DNA from: a virus
Length of the DNA stretch: 32,557 nucleotides
Reading direction: 5' to 3' (one strand)
IMG/VR virus record: IMGVR_UViG_3300045988_146884
The notes under the pieces were generated by a model. The model had not been told where the DNA came from. It saw only the letters and a program-made list of their open reading frames with translations, and ran no database searches. Below are positions 31,891-32,557 of this stretch, piece after piece. The translations under genes were made by a program, and so were the position numbers. Every line of letters starts with the position of its first letter. The first letter of the stretch is position 1.

Positions 31891-32557
31891 ATGAGTGAAT
31901 TTCTCAACTACGAAAAGCTTCGCGACACCGGTGCAACCCAGCGCGTAGCAGAAGCCGCGACCATCCTACGCGATGGTATCCGAGGCGGATACGCTGCACA
32001 GGCGCGTTTGCAGGAAGCCTTGACTACTAGCGACTTCCCCGCACTGCTTGGACGCGCATTCGAGTACGAAGTGCTCGACCTGTACCGCGGCTACGAAACC
32101 CAGTGGCAGAAGGTAGCACAGACCACACGCTTGTCGTCCTTCAACCCAACACCTCTGGCTGCCCTCGCTGGTGGCACTAACTATGTTCATGTGAATGAGG
32201 CTGAGGAATACAAGGCCGCAGACATGCTACCTGTCACCGTACAAATCAAGAACGATAAGTACGGTATCGTAGTGAACTTCACCTGGGAAGACATAGTGAA
32301 CAAGAACTGGGACAAGCTCACCCAGATTCCTAAGAACCTCGCAACTGGTGCCGCCAAGCTCGAAGACAAGGTAGTTTTCTCTACCTTGTTCGATGCCCAG
32401 GGTATCAACCAGGCGTTCTTCTCTGGCGCATCCGTGGCTGATACCAAGGCTCTGTCGCTTGAGAACTTGAAGGCTGCGTATGCTGCTGTGTCTGGTCGTG
32501 ACGGCGTGCACGGCTCCGCTATTGATGTTGAGCGCATGGTACTTGTCGTGCCTTCTG
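31891..32557 (+). CDS. Major capsid protein, N-terminal part (runs off the window end and continues at 56-459 after removing the 55-nt overlap)
   Basis: ATG 31891 (MSEFLNYEKLRDTGATQRV...). There is no stop before the window end, and the frame matches 1..459. Confidence 0.85.
   Translation, partial: MSEFLNYEKLRDTGATQRVAEAATILRDGIRGGYAAQARLQEALTTSDFPALLGRAFEYEVLDLYRGYETQWQKVAQTTRLSSFNPTPLAALAGGTNYVHVNEAEEYKAADMLPVTVQIKNDKYGIVVNFTWEDIVNKNWDKLTQIPKNLATGAAKLEDKVVFSTLFDAQGINQAFFSGASVADTKALSLENLKAAYAAVSGRDGVHGSAIDVERMVLVVPS
32503..32557. repeat. Terminal overlap, identical to 1-55
   Basis: Exact 55-nt identity with the window start. Confidence 0.95.

Noticed and set aside
1-32557. tRNA or other structured RNA genes
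   Set aside because: Reading the intergenic regions revealed no T-loop (GGTTCGAnnCC-like) or cloverleaf-compatible segments. All gaps over 60 nt are accounted for by terminators or promoter elements. A tRNAscan/Infernal run would be needed to exclude them formally.

Overview
This window is a complete, circularly permuted genome of a siphovirus-type tailed dsDNA phage. Nt 1-55 repeat exactly at 32503-32557, so the unique length is 32,502 bp and the major capsid gene is split across the window ends. The layout follows.
- Late operon (+ strand): 26292 through the wrap to 15234. It encodes small and large terminase, portal, MuF/SPP1 gp7-like head protein, scaffold, DUF2190-like decoration protein, major capsid, four head-tail joining proteins, major tail protein, tail chaperone pair, 1323-aa tape measure, Dit/Tal-like proteins, a 1002-aa tail fibre and an SGNH-like protein.
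- Lysis cassette (+ strand, separately promoted): 15346-17189, a 1-TMD protein, an amidase endolysin and a 2-TMD holin.
- Leftward cassette (- strand): 17304-19508, eight small unrecognisable ORFs, three or four of them tiny membrane proteins.
- Early operon (+ strand): 19652-26235. It encodes a replication-organiser-like protein, RusA, an HTH protein, a Bro-N protein, a Zn-ribbon protein, DUF3310, a YqaJ-type exonuclease and RecT.
I found no integrase, CI-type repressor, tRNA, CRISPR array or transposase.
Most interesting observations:
1. A five-copy hairpin-plus-extended -10 element precedes early genes. Its stem pairing is kept by compensatory changes, which suggests a structured regulatory element rather than a simple operator.
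2. The leftward cassette is entirely 'dark' and is split by one copy of that element.
3. Codon dialect switches abruptly within genes. T-depleted, A+C-rich blocks span about 3452-4265 and about 28650-30360, and the boundaries fall inside the tape measure and MuF-like genes.
4. The tail chaperone pair appears to need a +1 (not -1) frameshift.
5. The tail fibre carries a Spherulin-4/GH135-like glycosidase domain and sits next to a putative SGNH esterase.
All functional calls come from motif recognition by eye; no database search was run.
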